DNA of 64,000 nucleotides from Dehalococcoidia bacterium (GTDB lineage Bacteria; Chloroflexota; Dehalococcoidia; Bin125), in contig OY820591.1 of assembly GCA_963555985.3 (NCBI GenBank), positions 1,216,001-1,280,000 of the forward strand, read 5' to 3'. This document shows positions 38,465-46,536 of this stretch, in pieces. Below the pieces are notes generated by a model that was not told the origin of the DNA, did no database searches, and worked only from the letters and a program-made list of their open reading frames with translations. Position 1 is the first letter of the stretch; every line of letters begins with the position of its first letter. The translations under genes were made by a program, and so were the position numbers.

Positions 38465-39454
38465 TCACCGGAAGTACAGCGATCGGTTGGGACGGGGTTC
38501 GTCCAGGCCGGCGAGCTTTCGGATGAAGGGGTCATCGCTGGAGTAGGGCTTGATGCGGTAACCGACGAGGGTTTGGGTGTAGACGGGCGGTTTGGGCCCG
38601 CGACCGGGCGGATAGACACGTGATTTTTTGGGCTGAGGATCGGATTTGCCGTTGTCGTCGGGGGATTGCTCGGGCTGGTGTTCGGTGGTGTTCGATTCTG
38701 TTCGATTTGGTTCGATTGCGGGCGGGTCTGGTTCGGGCGTGGACGGGTTGGGTTCGGTTGTGTCGGGTTGGTGTTCGGACCCCTCTCTGTCGCTACGGGA
38801 CATCTCCCCCCGCGATGCGGGGGGAGAGGGGGACGGGGTGGGTGACGTCTCCTCCTGCGATGCGGGGGGAGCGGAGAAGTGGTTGACATTTTCCCCTGGA
38901 GTGAGATGAGGGATGTCAACTGGTGTTGGGGAGACCCCCCCTCTGCCTTCGGCATCTCCCCCCGCAAGGGGGGGAGAGGGGGAGGGAGTGGGGCCGGCGA
39001 AGCGCTCTTGGATTTTGGCCAATTGTTCGTCGTTGGGGTAGAAGTCGTCTGCTTTGTATTCGGCGAGGAGCATTTCGAGCGCCTTGAGTTCGCGGAGGGA
39101 ATCGGCGGCGTGGTTTTCGTGGATGCGGCGCTCGCGGCGCTGGCGGCGGTCGGTGATGCGGTCGAGGGAGTCGAGCAGGAGGCGGAGTTCGCGGGCGGCC
39201 TGGATGTGTCGCTCGTGGAGGTTGTCGTCGGCCTGGCCGAACTGTTGGAGGGCGTAGAGGAGTTGGTCGGCGGCGAGCGCTTCGATGATGTGTTCGCGGT
39301 GTTGTTCGAAGGCTTTGAGGTACTGGGAGACGGTGGAGTGGGCGCAGCCCATCTGCTCGGCGATTTGGCGGAGGGAGAGTCCCTGGCAGCGGAGTAGGTA
39401 GGCCTGGAGCAGTTTGGCTCGTCGGGCGGGTGAGAGTGGGGTGTCGGTCGGCAT
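38465..39454 (-). CDS. Orphan HTH-domain protein with Pro-rich tail containing translated palindromic repeats (paralog of 8396-9202)
   Basis: QGLSLRQIAEQMGCAHSTVSQYL HTH; RBS AAGGAG 6 nt before ATG 39454. Confidence 0.75.
   Translation of the reverse strand: MPTDTPLSPARRAKLLQAYLLRCQGLSLRQIAEQMGCAHSTVSQYLKAFEQHREHIIEALAADQLLYALQQFGQADDNLHERHIQAARELRLLLDSLDRITDRRQRRERRIHENHAADSLRELKALEMLLAEYKADDFYPNDEQLAKIQERFAGPTPSPSPPLAGGDAEGRGGVSPTPVDIPHLTPGENVNHFSAPPASQEETSPTPSPSPPASRGEMSRSDREGSEHQPDTTEPNPSTPEPDPPAIEPNRTESNTTEHQPEQSPDDNGKSDPQPKKSRVYPPGRGPKPPVYTQTLVGYRIKPYSSDDPFIRKLAGLDEPRPNRSLYFR
38777..38980. repeat. Intragenic hairpin repeats within HTH gene 2
   Basis: Copies at 38777-38830 and 38935-38978 (partial at 38844-38871), translated as PSPPASRGEMSRSDREG and PSPPLAGGDAEGRGG. 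Confidence 0.85.
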
Positions 39455-39469
39455 GGTCGGCTCCTTGAT

Positions 39470-39493
39470 TGCACTCATGTTCGGTTCATAGTA
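39470..39493 (-). promoter_or_regulatory. -10 element plus LexA-like box of HTH gene 2
   Basis: Minus strand reads TACTAT-gaac-CGAAC ATGA GTGCA-atc-AAGGAG-ccgacc-ATG. Confidence 0.5.
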
Positions 39494-39553
39494 GCTGGTT
39501 TTGGCGTGGGTGAGGTTGGGTGTTGTGTTGTGTGGTTGTCTGATGGGGTTGGG

Positions 39554-39790
39554 TGCAGGACTCGGCGAGATACCCGCGACGGAGCGCGGGTATGACGGAA
39601 GTGTGGGCGCGGGTGTGGGTGATTGTTGTGGGGGATCCGAGGGGATTGCGGCGTTTCACCCCCTCTGCCCCTTCGGGGCATCTCCCCCTTGAGGGGGAGA
39701 TTGGTTGTGGGGAGGAGGTGGGATGGGGCTTGGTTGCAGGACTCGGCGAGATACCCGCGACGGAGCGCGGGTATGACGGAAGTGTGGGCG
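39554..39790. repeat. Two identical 56-nt REP-containing direct repeats flanking a hairpin repeat
   Basis: 39554-39609 = 39735-39790 (TGCAGGACTCGGCGAGATACCCGCGACGGAGCGCGGGTATGACGGAAGTGTGGGCG); hairpin copy at 39658-39700. Confidence 0.92.
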
Positions 39791-39841
39791 ATTGTTGAGG
39801 GGAGATTGGGTTGGGGAAGAGGCGGGGGATTGGGGTTTGGA

Positions 39842-39871
39842 TTGAGTGAGGGTGGGGGGCGTGCATATAAT
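39842..39871 (+). promoter_or_regulatory. sigma70 promoter of the nuo operon
   Basis: TTGAGT-N18-TATAAT about 50 nt upstream of nuoA. Confidence 0.6.
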
Positions 39872-39919
39872 CCCGTCACGGCCCTGCTGCGCATTGCGCC
39901 GCTCGCGGTATGGAGAGGG

Positions 39920-40300
39920 ATGGGCGTGGTACTTGAGCAGTACAGCCATTTGGGGATTTTGCTGCTGTTTGCGGTGCTGTTTCCGTCGATTCCGTTGGTG
40001 GCGTCGTGGGCGTTCTACCAGTTTGGGCTGCGGCCGAAGCTGCCGAACGCGGTGAAGTCGGACACCTATGAGTGCGGAGTGGAGACGGAGGGGCCGACCT
40101 GGGTGCAGTTCAATTTCCGGTATTACCTGGTGGCGCTGATTTTCGTGCTGTTCGACGTGGAGGTGATTTTCCTGTTCCCGCTGGCGGTGGCGCTGGATTC
40201 GGTGGTGGTGACGGGGTTGGCGGCGGCGCTGATCTTCATCTTCGTGCTGGCGCTGGGGTTGGTGTACGAATGGCGCCGGCAGGCGCTGGAGTGGCGCTGA
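39920..40300 (+). CDS. nuoA: NADH-quinone oxidoreductase subunit A
   Basis: YECG, YYLVALIFVLFDVE, YEWRRQALEW. Confidence 0.95.
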   Translation: MGVVLEQYSHLGILLLFAVLFPSIPLVASWAFYQFGLRPKLPNAVKSDTYECGVETEGPTWVQFNFRYYLVALIFVLFDVEVIFLFPLAVALDSVVVTGLAAALIFIFVLALGLVYEWRRQALEWR

Positions 40301-40301
40301 C

Positions 40302-40958
40302 GTGACGGCCGTGTTTGACTCCGGGCGGGCGAGCGAGATCGTCAATGCGGCAGCGCCGGGCGCGGCCTGTGTGGACGAGGGCGCGCTCTATCTGGACGGG
40401 GAGCAGTTGGTGGAAGCGGTGACGGCGCTGCGGGATGATGCGGAGAGCGACCTAATCTTCTTGTGCAACCTGACGGCGGTGGATCGGGAGCGGCACTTTG
40501 AGGTGGTGTATCACCTGCAATCGCTGGACCTGAATCACATTCTGGCGGCGAAGGTCTTGCTTCGTGACCGCGAAGATCCGGCGGCGCCGTCGTTGACGGG
40601 GGTGTACCAGGGGGCGCACTTGCAGGAGCGTGAGGTGTACGACCTGTTCGGGATTCGGTTTGAGGGGCATCCGGACTTGCGGCGGCTGTTTCTCTGGGAC
40701 GGGTTCCCGGGTTGGCCGCTGCGGAAGGATTTCTTGCAGATGCCCGGGCAGATCCGGGCGGGGTTGCCCGGGTTCCCGCATGAGGGCGAGGAGAATGCGT
40801 GGCCGGTGCCTGGGAGCGTGCCGCAGCGTCCGGTGCATCCGAACGATCCGCAGCCTGAGAGCGAGTTGGCGGTGTCGGAGCAAAGCGGGGATTCCCCCCT
40901 TCAGCCTTCGGCAGCTTCCCCCCCAAGGGGGGAAGCAGGGAGTGAGGAATCGTCGTGA
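40302..40958 (+). CDS. nuoC: NADH-quinone oxidoreductase subunit C
   Basis: FEVVYHL, EREVYDLFGIRFEGHPDLRR, PLRKDF. Confidence 0.95.
   Translation: MTAVFDSGRASEIVNAAAPGAACVDEGALYLDGEQLVEAVTALRDDAESDLIFLCNLTAVDRERHFEVVYHLQSLDLNHILAAKVLLRDREDPAAPSLTGVYQGAHLQEREVYDLFGIRFEGHPDLRRLFLWDGFPGWPLRKDFLQMPGQIRAGLPGFPHEGEENAWPVPGSVPQRPVHPNDPQPESELAVSEQSGDSPLQPSAASPPRGEAGSEESS
40894..40937. repeat. Hairpin repeat inside the nuoC 3' end
   Basis: CCCCCCTTCAGCCTTCGGCAGCTTCCCCCCCAAGGGGGGAAGC resembles 38935-38978. Confidence 0.75.
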
Positions 40959-42115
40959 CGACTGCGGACGACACTCGGCTGGCGATGCAGGGGACGATTG
41001 AGGCGCTGACGGCCGGCGACGGTTCGGAGCCGGTGGTGGTGAATTTGGGGCCTCAGCATCCCTCGACGCATGGGGTGTTCCGGCTGAAGGTGACGTTGGA
41101 CGGGGAGATCGTGCGGGATGCGGAGATGCGGATTGGGTATCTGCACCGTTCGATGGAGAAGCTGGCGGAAGAGCGGACGTACACGCAGAACATTCCCTTC
41201 ACCGACCGGATTGATTATCTGGCGGCGATGTCGAACAACCTGGCCTACTGTCTGGCGGCTGAGGAGTTGTTGGGAGTGGAGGTTCCGCCTCGAGGGAACG
41301 CGATCCGGGTGTTGTTTGCGGAGTTGCAGCGGATTGCGTCGCACGCGATGGCGAACGGGACGTTCATCAACGACTGCGGGGCGTGGCATACGCCGCTGTT
41401 CCATATGTTCCGCGACCGCGAGCGGGTGCTGGATATGTTCGAGATGACGTGCGGGGCGCGGCTGACGACGAATTACATGCGGATCGGCGGGGTGGCGTTT
41501 GATCTGCCGCCGGAGTTGCTGCCGACGCTGCGGCGGTTTTTGGACGACATGCCGGAGCGGATCGCGGACTACGAGGCGCTGTTGCTGGAGAACGAGATTT
41601 TGCACGCTCGGGCTCGGGGGGTGGGGGTGATTTCGGCAGAGTCGGCGATTAATTCGTCGCTGAGCGGTCCGGTGCTGCGGGCGACGGGGGTGCCGTGGGA
41701 TTTGCGGAAGGCGAATCCGTACTGCGGGTATGAGAACTTTGAGTTTGACATTCCGGTCGGCGAGCAGGGGGACTGCTTCGACCGGTTCCTGGTGCGGATG
41801 GCGGAGGTGAAGCAGAGTCTGCGGATTTTGAATCAGGTGATCGACAACATCCCCGACGGTCCCTGGCTGGCGGATTTGCCGCTGCACGTGCGTCCGCCGG
41901 AGGGGGAGGTGTATGCGCGGGTGGAATCGCCTCGGGGGGAGTTGGGGTTTTACCTGGTTTCCGATGGGAGTCCGGCACCGTATCGGTTCCACTGCCGTCC
42001 GCCGAGTCTGATTAATCTGACAGCGCTGAAGGAGATGTCGGTTGGCGGTACGCTCGCAGACGCGATCGTGACGCTGGGTTCGATCGACATCGTGGTGGGG
42101 GAGATCGATCGATGA
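40955..42115 (+). CDS. nuoD: NADH-quinone oxidoreductase subunit D
   Basis: GPQHPSTHGVFRL, GYLHR, DRIDY, ESPRGELG, GEIDR. Confidence 0.97.
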   Translation: MTTADDTRLAMQGTIEALTAGDGSEPVVVNLGPQHPSTHGVFRLKVTLDGEIVRDAEMRIGYLHRSMEKLAEERTYTQNIPFTDRIDYLAAMSNNLAYCLAAEELLGVEVPPRGNAIRVLFAELQRIASHAMANGTFINDCGAWHTPLFHMFRDRERVLDMFEMTCGARLTTNYMRIGGVAFDLPPELLPTLRRFLDDMPERIADYEALLLENEILHARARGVGVISAESAINSSLSGPVLRATGVPWDLRKANPYCGYENFEFDIPVGEQGDCFDRFLVRMAEVKQSLRILNQVIDNIPDGPWLADLPLHVRPPEGEVYARVESPRGELGFYLVSDGSPAPYRFHCRPPSLINLTALKEMSVGGTLADAIVTLGSIDIVVGEIDR

Positions 42116-43401
42116 ACGGTCTCAACGCAGTCCTGGGTGCGTGGTACGACTTCCGCGATCTGAACAATTTCTCGCGGTTGATCACGGAGTGGGTGGGCGA
42201 CTGGGGCCCGGACTGGCTGGCGTCGATTGTGACGGGGCTGCTGGGGTCGCTGGGGATTCTGGCGGTGATTGGGCCGACGCTGCTGATTTTGATCTGGGTC
42301 GAGCGGAAGGTGATTGCGCGGTTCCAGCAGCGGTACGGTCCGAATCGGGTGGGTCCGCGGGGGTTGCTCCAGCCGGTGGCGGATGCGGTGAAGCTGATTC
42401 TGAAGGAGCAGTTGGCTCCGCGGGCGGCGGACAAGCTGATTTTCTTCCTGCCGCCGGTGCTGATCTTTGTTCCGGGCGTGTTGATCTGGGGGGTGCTGCC
42501 GTTCGGGCCACGGATGTCGGTGGCGGACTTGAATGTGGGGGTGCTGTTTCTGTTGGCGGTTTCGGGGACGGCGGTGCTGGTGATCTTCATGGCGGGTTGG
42601 TCGTCGAACAACAAGTATGCGCTGTTCGGGGCGATGCGGGCGGTGGCGATGTCGATCTCGTATGAGGTGCCGATGGTGCTGGCGCTGCTGACGCTGGTGA
42701 TTTTCTCGGGCACGATGTCGGTGAACGGGATCGTGGAGTGGCAGCAGCAGGAGGACGTGATTTTCATTCTGTTGTTCCCGCTGTCGGCGATTGCGTTTTT
42801 CTTCGCGGCGTCGGCGGAGCTGAACCGGACGCCGGCGGATATCTCGGAGGCGGAATCGGAGATTGTGGCGGGGTATCACACGGAGTATTCGGGGATGCGG
42901 TTCGGGTTGTTCTACGCGGTGGAGCTGGGGAACACGCTGGTGGTGTCGGCGTTCATTGCGACCTTCTTCCTGGGCGGTTGGTGGTTGTGGGGTCTGGATC
43001 AGTGGGTGCCGAGCTGGATCATCCTGCTGGCCAAGACGGGGGCGGTGTACTTCCTGCTGATCTGGACGCGGGGGACACTGCCGCGTCTGCGGATTGATCA
43101 GCTGATGGGGTTCTGCTGGAAGGCGCTGGTACCGGCGACGCTGCTGTTTGTGGTGGTGGCGTTTGTGGAGCGGGCGCTGTTGATCCACCAGGGATGGGAT
43201 ACGACGGTGGCGCTGCCGGTGATGGCGGTGATCAACATCGGTTTGACGCTGGGCGCGATCGTGCTGTTTGCGCGAGTGTCGCGGCCGGCGCCGCTGCGGC
43301 GTCCGGCGCGGATCCGGATGGCGGGCAACCGCGTGGGCGGTCTGCGGGCGGCCAAGGACGTCGCTGCCGAACCGGCGGCGATGCAGGCGGGCGGCGACTG
43401 A
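42112..43401 (+). CDS. nuoH: NADH-quinone oxidoreductase subunit H
   Basis: ERK...QQRYGPNRVG, DAVKL, ISYE, EAESEIVAGYHTEYSG, PRLRIDQ. Confidence 0.97.
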   Translation: MNGLNAVLGAWYDFRDLNNFSRLITEWVGDWGPDWLASIVTGLLGSLGILAVIGPTLLILIWVERKVIARFQQRYGPNRVGPRGLLQPVADAVKLILKEQLAPRAADKLIFFLPPVLIFVPGVLIWGVLPFGPRMSVADLNVGVLFLLAVSGTAVLVIFMAGWSSNNKYALFGAMRAVAMSISYEVPMVLALLTLVIFSGTMSVNGIVEWQQQEDVIFILLFPLSAIAFFFAASAELNRTPADISEAESEIVAGYHTEYSGMRFGLFYAVELGNTLVVSAFIATFFLGGWWLWGLDQWVPSWIILLAKTGAVYFLLIWTRGTLPRLRIDQLMGFCWKALVPATLLFVVVAFVERALLIHQGWDTTVALPVMAVINIGLTLGAIVLFARVSRPAPLRRPARIRMAGNRVGGLRAAKDVAAEPAAMQAGGD

Positions 43402-43402
43402 G

Positions 43403-44020
43403 ATGAGCGATTTTGGCTTCCACCTGGCGTTTTGGTCGCTGGCGGCGATGACCATCGGCGGAGCGTCGATGATCATCGTGAGCCGGAATCTGATCCACGC
43501 CGTGATCTGGCTGGTGCTGTCGATGCTGGGGATCGCGGGGCTGTATCTGACGCTGTCGGCGGACTTTATCGCGGTGGTGCAGGTGCTGATCTACGTGGGT
43601 GCGATTGCGGTGTTGATGCTGTTTGCGATCATGCTGACGCCGCGGGCGGAGCGGGATAACTCGGAGACGCGGGTGAAGGCTCCGGCGGCGTTGGTGGTGC
43701 TGCTGGTGATGATCGCGACGATGTGGGTGGCGATTGATACGGACTGGGGAGCGGTGCGGGAGTCGGCGCTGCCGGAGCAGGCGCGGCTGATTGGGGAGAG
43801 CTTGATTTCGCACTACGTGCTGCCGTTTGAGATTGGGGCGGTGCTGTTGACGGCGGCGCTGGTGGGTGCGATTGCGCTGGCGCGTCAGGACGACGAGGAC
43901 GCGGCGGTTCATGCGGCCAGCTTGCAGGAGGAGTTGGAGGGGAACGGCGAGGCGGACGACCCGGCGAACGTGACCGATCCGCCGTTGGCGGACGAGGTCA
44001 GCAGCGGGGGCGGTGACTGA
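43403..44020 (+). CDS. nuoJ: NADH-quinone oxidoreductase subunit J
   Basis: QVLIYVGAIAVL, YVLPFE; ATG 1 nt after the nuoH stop. Confidence 0.95.
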   Translation: MSDFGFHLAFWSLAAMTIGGASMIIVSRNLIHAVIWLVLSMLGIAGLYLTLSADFIAVVQVLIYVGAIAVLMLFAIMLTPRAERDNSETRVKAPAALVVLLVMIATMWVAIDTDWGAVRESALPEQARLIGESLISHYVLPFEIGAVLLTAALVGAIALARQDDEDAAVHAASLQEELEGNGEADDPANVTDPPLADEVSSGGGD

Positions 44021-44334
44021 TGACGATCGGACTTGAGGAATACCTGGCGCTGGGTGCGGTCCTGTTCAGCCTGGGCTTCTACATCGCGTTGTCGAAGAAG
44101 AACGCGGTGGGTGTGCTGATCGGGGTGGAGCTGATGCTGAACGCGGTGAATCTGTCGTTGGTGGCGTTCTCGCGGTTCGGAGTGAGTGAAGTGACGCTGT
44201 CGGCGCAGGTGTTTGTGGTGTTCATCATCGCGGTGGCGGCGGCGGAAGTGGCGGTTGGGTTGGCGCTGGCGCTGGTGGTGTACCGCAACCGGCAGACGAT
44301 CTCGGTTGATCGCACGACGCTGCTGAAAGGCTGA
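44020..44334 (+). CDS. nuoK: NADH-quinone oxidoreductase subunit K
   Basis: ELMLNAVNL, VAAAEVAVGLA. Confidence 0.96.
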   Translation: MTIGLEEYLALGAVLFSLGFYIALSKKNAVGVLIGVELMLNAVNLSLVAFSRFGVSEVTLSAQVFVVFIIAVAAAEVAVGLALALVVYRNRQTISVDRTTLLKG

Positions 44335-44342
44335 GCAGACGC

Positions 44343-44537
44343 ATGTGGGCAGAATTCCTGCGCGCGCCGAATTTGTACGTGGCCGAGACGTGGCGTGAGT
44401 TGCTCTACGCGGAAGGGGTGTCGGTGCGGCTGATTGTGGATCCTGAGCGAGCCGACGAGGGCGATTTCGCGCCGGTGCTGTTGTATGTGCCGGACTCGAA
44501 GACGCATGTCGCGCGCGAGATTCTGAGGAAGGTGTAA
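44343..44537 (+). CDS. 64-aa soluble protein inside the nuo operon (DUF2007-like)
   Basis: Fills the nuoK-nuoL gap (8 and 4 nt spacers); AE.W..LL..EGV and LYVP...AREIL pattern. Confidence 0.7.
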   Translation: MWAEFLRAPNLYVAETWRELLYAEGVSVRLIVDPERADEGDFAPVLLYVPDSKTHVAREILRKV

Positions 44538-44541
44538 GGGC

Positions 44542-46527
44542 GTGCCCGAGACCATCTTCTGGGTGATTCTGATTTTGCCGCTGACCGCGTTTGTGTTGGC
44601 GGGGATTTCGGCGCTGAATCAGCAGCTGAAGCGGCAGATTCCGGAGTGGAATCCGTCGTATCCGTCGCAGTTCGGGCCGGTTGCGGATCAGTTCTGCGGG
44701 CCGCGGCTGGCGTCGACGCCGCTGATCATTGCGCTGGCGGCGGCATTCGTGCTGTCGGTGGTGAATTTGATCGACACGATCGGGGCGCGGGGGCTGCCTT
44801 TGGAGATTGCGCCGCATCTGCTGTTCAGCGCGGGCCCGCTCGATGTCGAGTTGGGGGTGCGGATTGACGGGCTGACCTCGGTGATGTTGGTGGTGGTGAC
44901 AGGGGTGTCGCTGCTGGTGCAGGTTTATTCGACCGGGTACATGGACGGCGATCACGGGTACCGGCGGTATTTCGCGTTCATGGCGTTGTTCACGACTTCG
45001 ATGCTGGGGCTGATTTTGGCGGACAACCTGTTGATGCTGTTCGTGTTCTGGGAGTTGGTGGGGCTGACCTCGTATCTGCTGATTGGGTTCTGGTTCCACC
45101 GGCCGGCGGCGGCGGCCGCGGCGAAGAAGGCGTTTCTGGTGACGCGGCTGGGCGATTTGGGTCTGCTGGCGGCGATGATTTTGATCTGGGATCGGACAGG
45201 GACGCTGAACATTGCGGAGATCAACGAGATCGCGTTCCTGGGGATCATGGTTGGGCAGACGGTGATCACGCTGTTCGGATTGGGCTTGATTGCGGGCGCG
45301 ATTGGGAAGAGCGCGCAGTTCCCGCTGCATATCTGGCTGCCCGACGCGATGGAGGGTCCGACGCCGGTCTCGGCGCTGGTGCATTCGGCGACGATGGTGG
45401 CGGCTGGGGTTTATCTGCTGGCGCGCTTCTTCCCGGTGATTCACGCTTCATCGACGGCGTCCGACCTGATTGCCTGGATTGGAGCGGGGACGGCGCTGGG
45501 GGCGGCGATCTTGGCTATGGTGCAGGTCGATATCAAGCGGGTGCTGGCGTATTCGACGATCTCGCAGCTGGCGTACATGATGTTTGCGATTGGGGTGGGC
45601 GGGTATGCGGCGGCGGTCTTCCACCTGATGACGCACGCCTTCTTCAAGGCGATGTTGTTCCTGGGGTCGGGGTCGGTGAATCACTCGACGAACACGTTCG
45701 ACATGCGCAGGATGGGCGGGCTGCGGTTCTTGATGCCGATCACGTTTGCCACGTTTGTGATTGGGACGTTGTCGCTGGCGGGGATCGTGCCGCTGTCGGG
45801 CTTCTGGTCGAAGGACGAGATTCTGATTGAGGCGTGGGATCACAACAAGGGCGTGTTTGTGCTGGGCTTGCTCGCAGCCGGACTGACGGCGGCGTACATG
45901 GTGCGGGCTGTCTATATGACGTTCTTCGGCGAATACAAAGGTGGGGAAGAGGTCGCGCCCGGGGAGCATGGGAACGAGGATCCGTCGCACCCGCATGAGT
46001 CGCCTCGGAGCATGACGGTACCGCTGATCATTCTGGCCGTGATTTCGGTCGTGAGCGGCTTCCTGACCTTTGGCGGCGAGTTCCAGACTTGGGTGTACGG
46101 AGCGCTGCCGGATCCGCATGAGGGCAAGTTCCACTGGAGCTGGGGGATTTTCCTGGGTTCGACCGCGCTGGCGCTGGCGGCGGGGGGCGCGGCTTACGCC
46201 TTCATGCACCACCGCGAGCGGATTCGCGAGCTCGGGATCGGCAAGGTGTGGCCGATTCCGGAGGCGCAGCAGTTCGCCAACCGGCTGTTCTATCTCGACG
46301 CGCTTGGCGAGGATGTGCTGGGGCGGCAGGTGTTCTACCGAGGGATCGCGCAGGCGTCGTCCTGGTTTGACGAGAAGGTGGTGGACGGGTTTGTCAACCG
46401 CGCCTGGCGCGAGGGTCTGACCGTGAGCGGCTATGCGCGCTTCGTGCAGAACGGCTGGGTACAGGCGGGCACACTGGCAATCGGACTCGGCGGCATCATC
46501 ATCTGGGCCGCCGTAGTGCTGTTCTAG
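44542..46527 (+). CDS. nuoL: NADH-quinone oxidoreductase subunit L
   Basis: WELVG, GKSAQFPLHIWLPDAMEGPTPVSAL, THAFFKA, SKDEI. Confidence 0.97.
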   Translation: MPETIFWVILILPLTAFVLAGISALNQQLKRQIPEWNPSYPSQFGPVADQFCGPRLASTPLIIALAAAFVLSVVNLIDTIGARGLPLEIAPHLLFSAGPLDVELGVRIDGLTSVMLVVVTGVSLLVQVYSTGYMDGDHGYRRYFAFMALFTTSMLGLILADNLLMLFVFWELVGLTSYLLIGFWFHRPAAAAAAKKAFLVTRLGDLGLLAAMILIWDRTGTLNIAEINEIAFLGIMVGQTVITLFGLGLIAGAIGKSAQFPLHIWLPDAMEGPTPVSALVHSATMVAAGVYLLARFFPVIHASSTASDLIAWIGAGTALGAAILAMVQVDIKRVLAYSTISQLAYMMFAIGVGGYAAAVFHLMTHAFFKAMLFLGSGSVNHSTNTFDMRRMGGLRFLMPITFATFVIGTLSLAGIVPLSGFWSKDEILIEAWDHNKGVFVLGLLAAGLTAAYMVRAVYMTFFGEYKGGEEVAPGEHGNEDPSHPHESPRSMTVPLIILAVISVVSGFLTFGGEFQTWVYGALPDPHEGKFHWSWGIFLGSTALALAAGGAAYAFMHHRERIRELGIGKVWPIPEAQQFANRLFYLDALGEDVLGRQVFYRGIAQASSWFDEKVVDGFVNRAWREGLTVSGYARFVQNGWVQAGTLAIGLGGIIIWAAVVLF

Positions 46528-46536
46528 GAGCGGACG

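Noticed and set aside
37632-38468. 451-aa ORF 37113-38468 as one long protein
   Set aside because: Upstream part overlaps the PHP gene in another frame; true start is 37631 with an RBS
39475-39919. ORFs over the repeat cluster and the long nuoA N-terminal extension
   Set aside because: Repeat-derived low-complexity DNA; the promoter at 39842-39871 places the nuoA start near 39920
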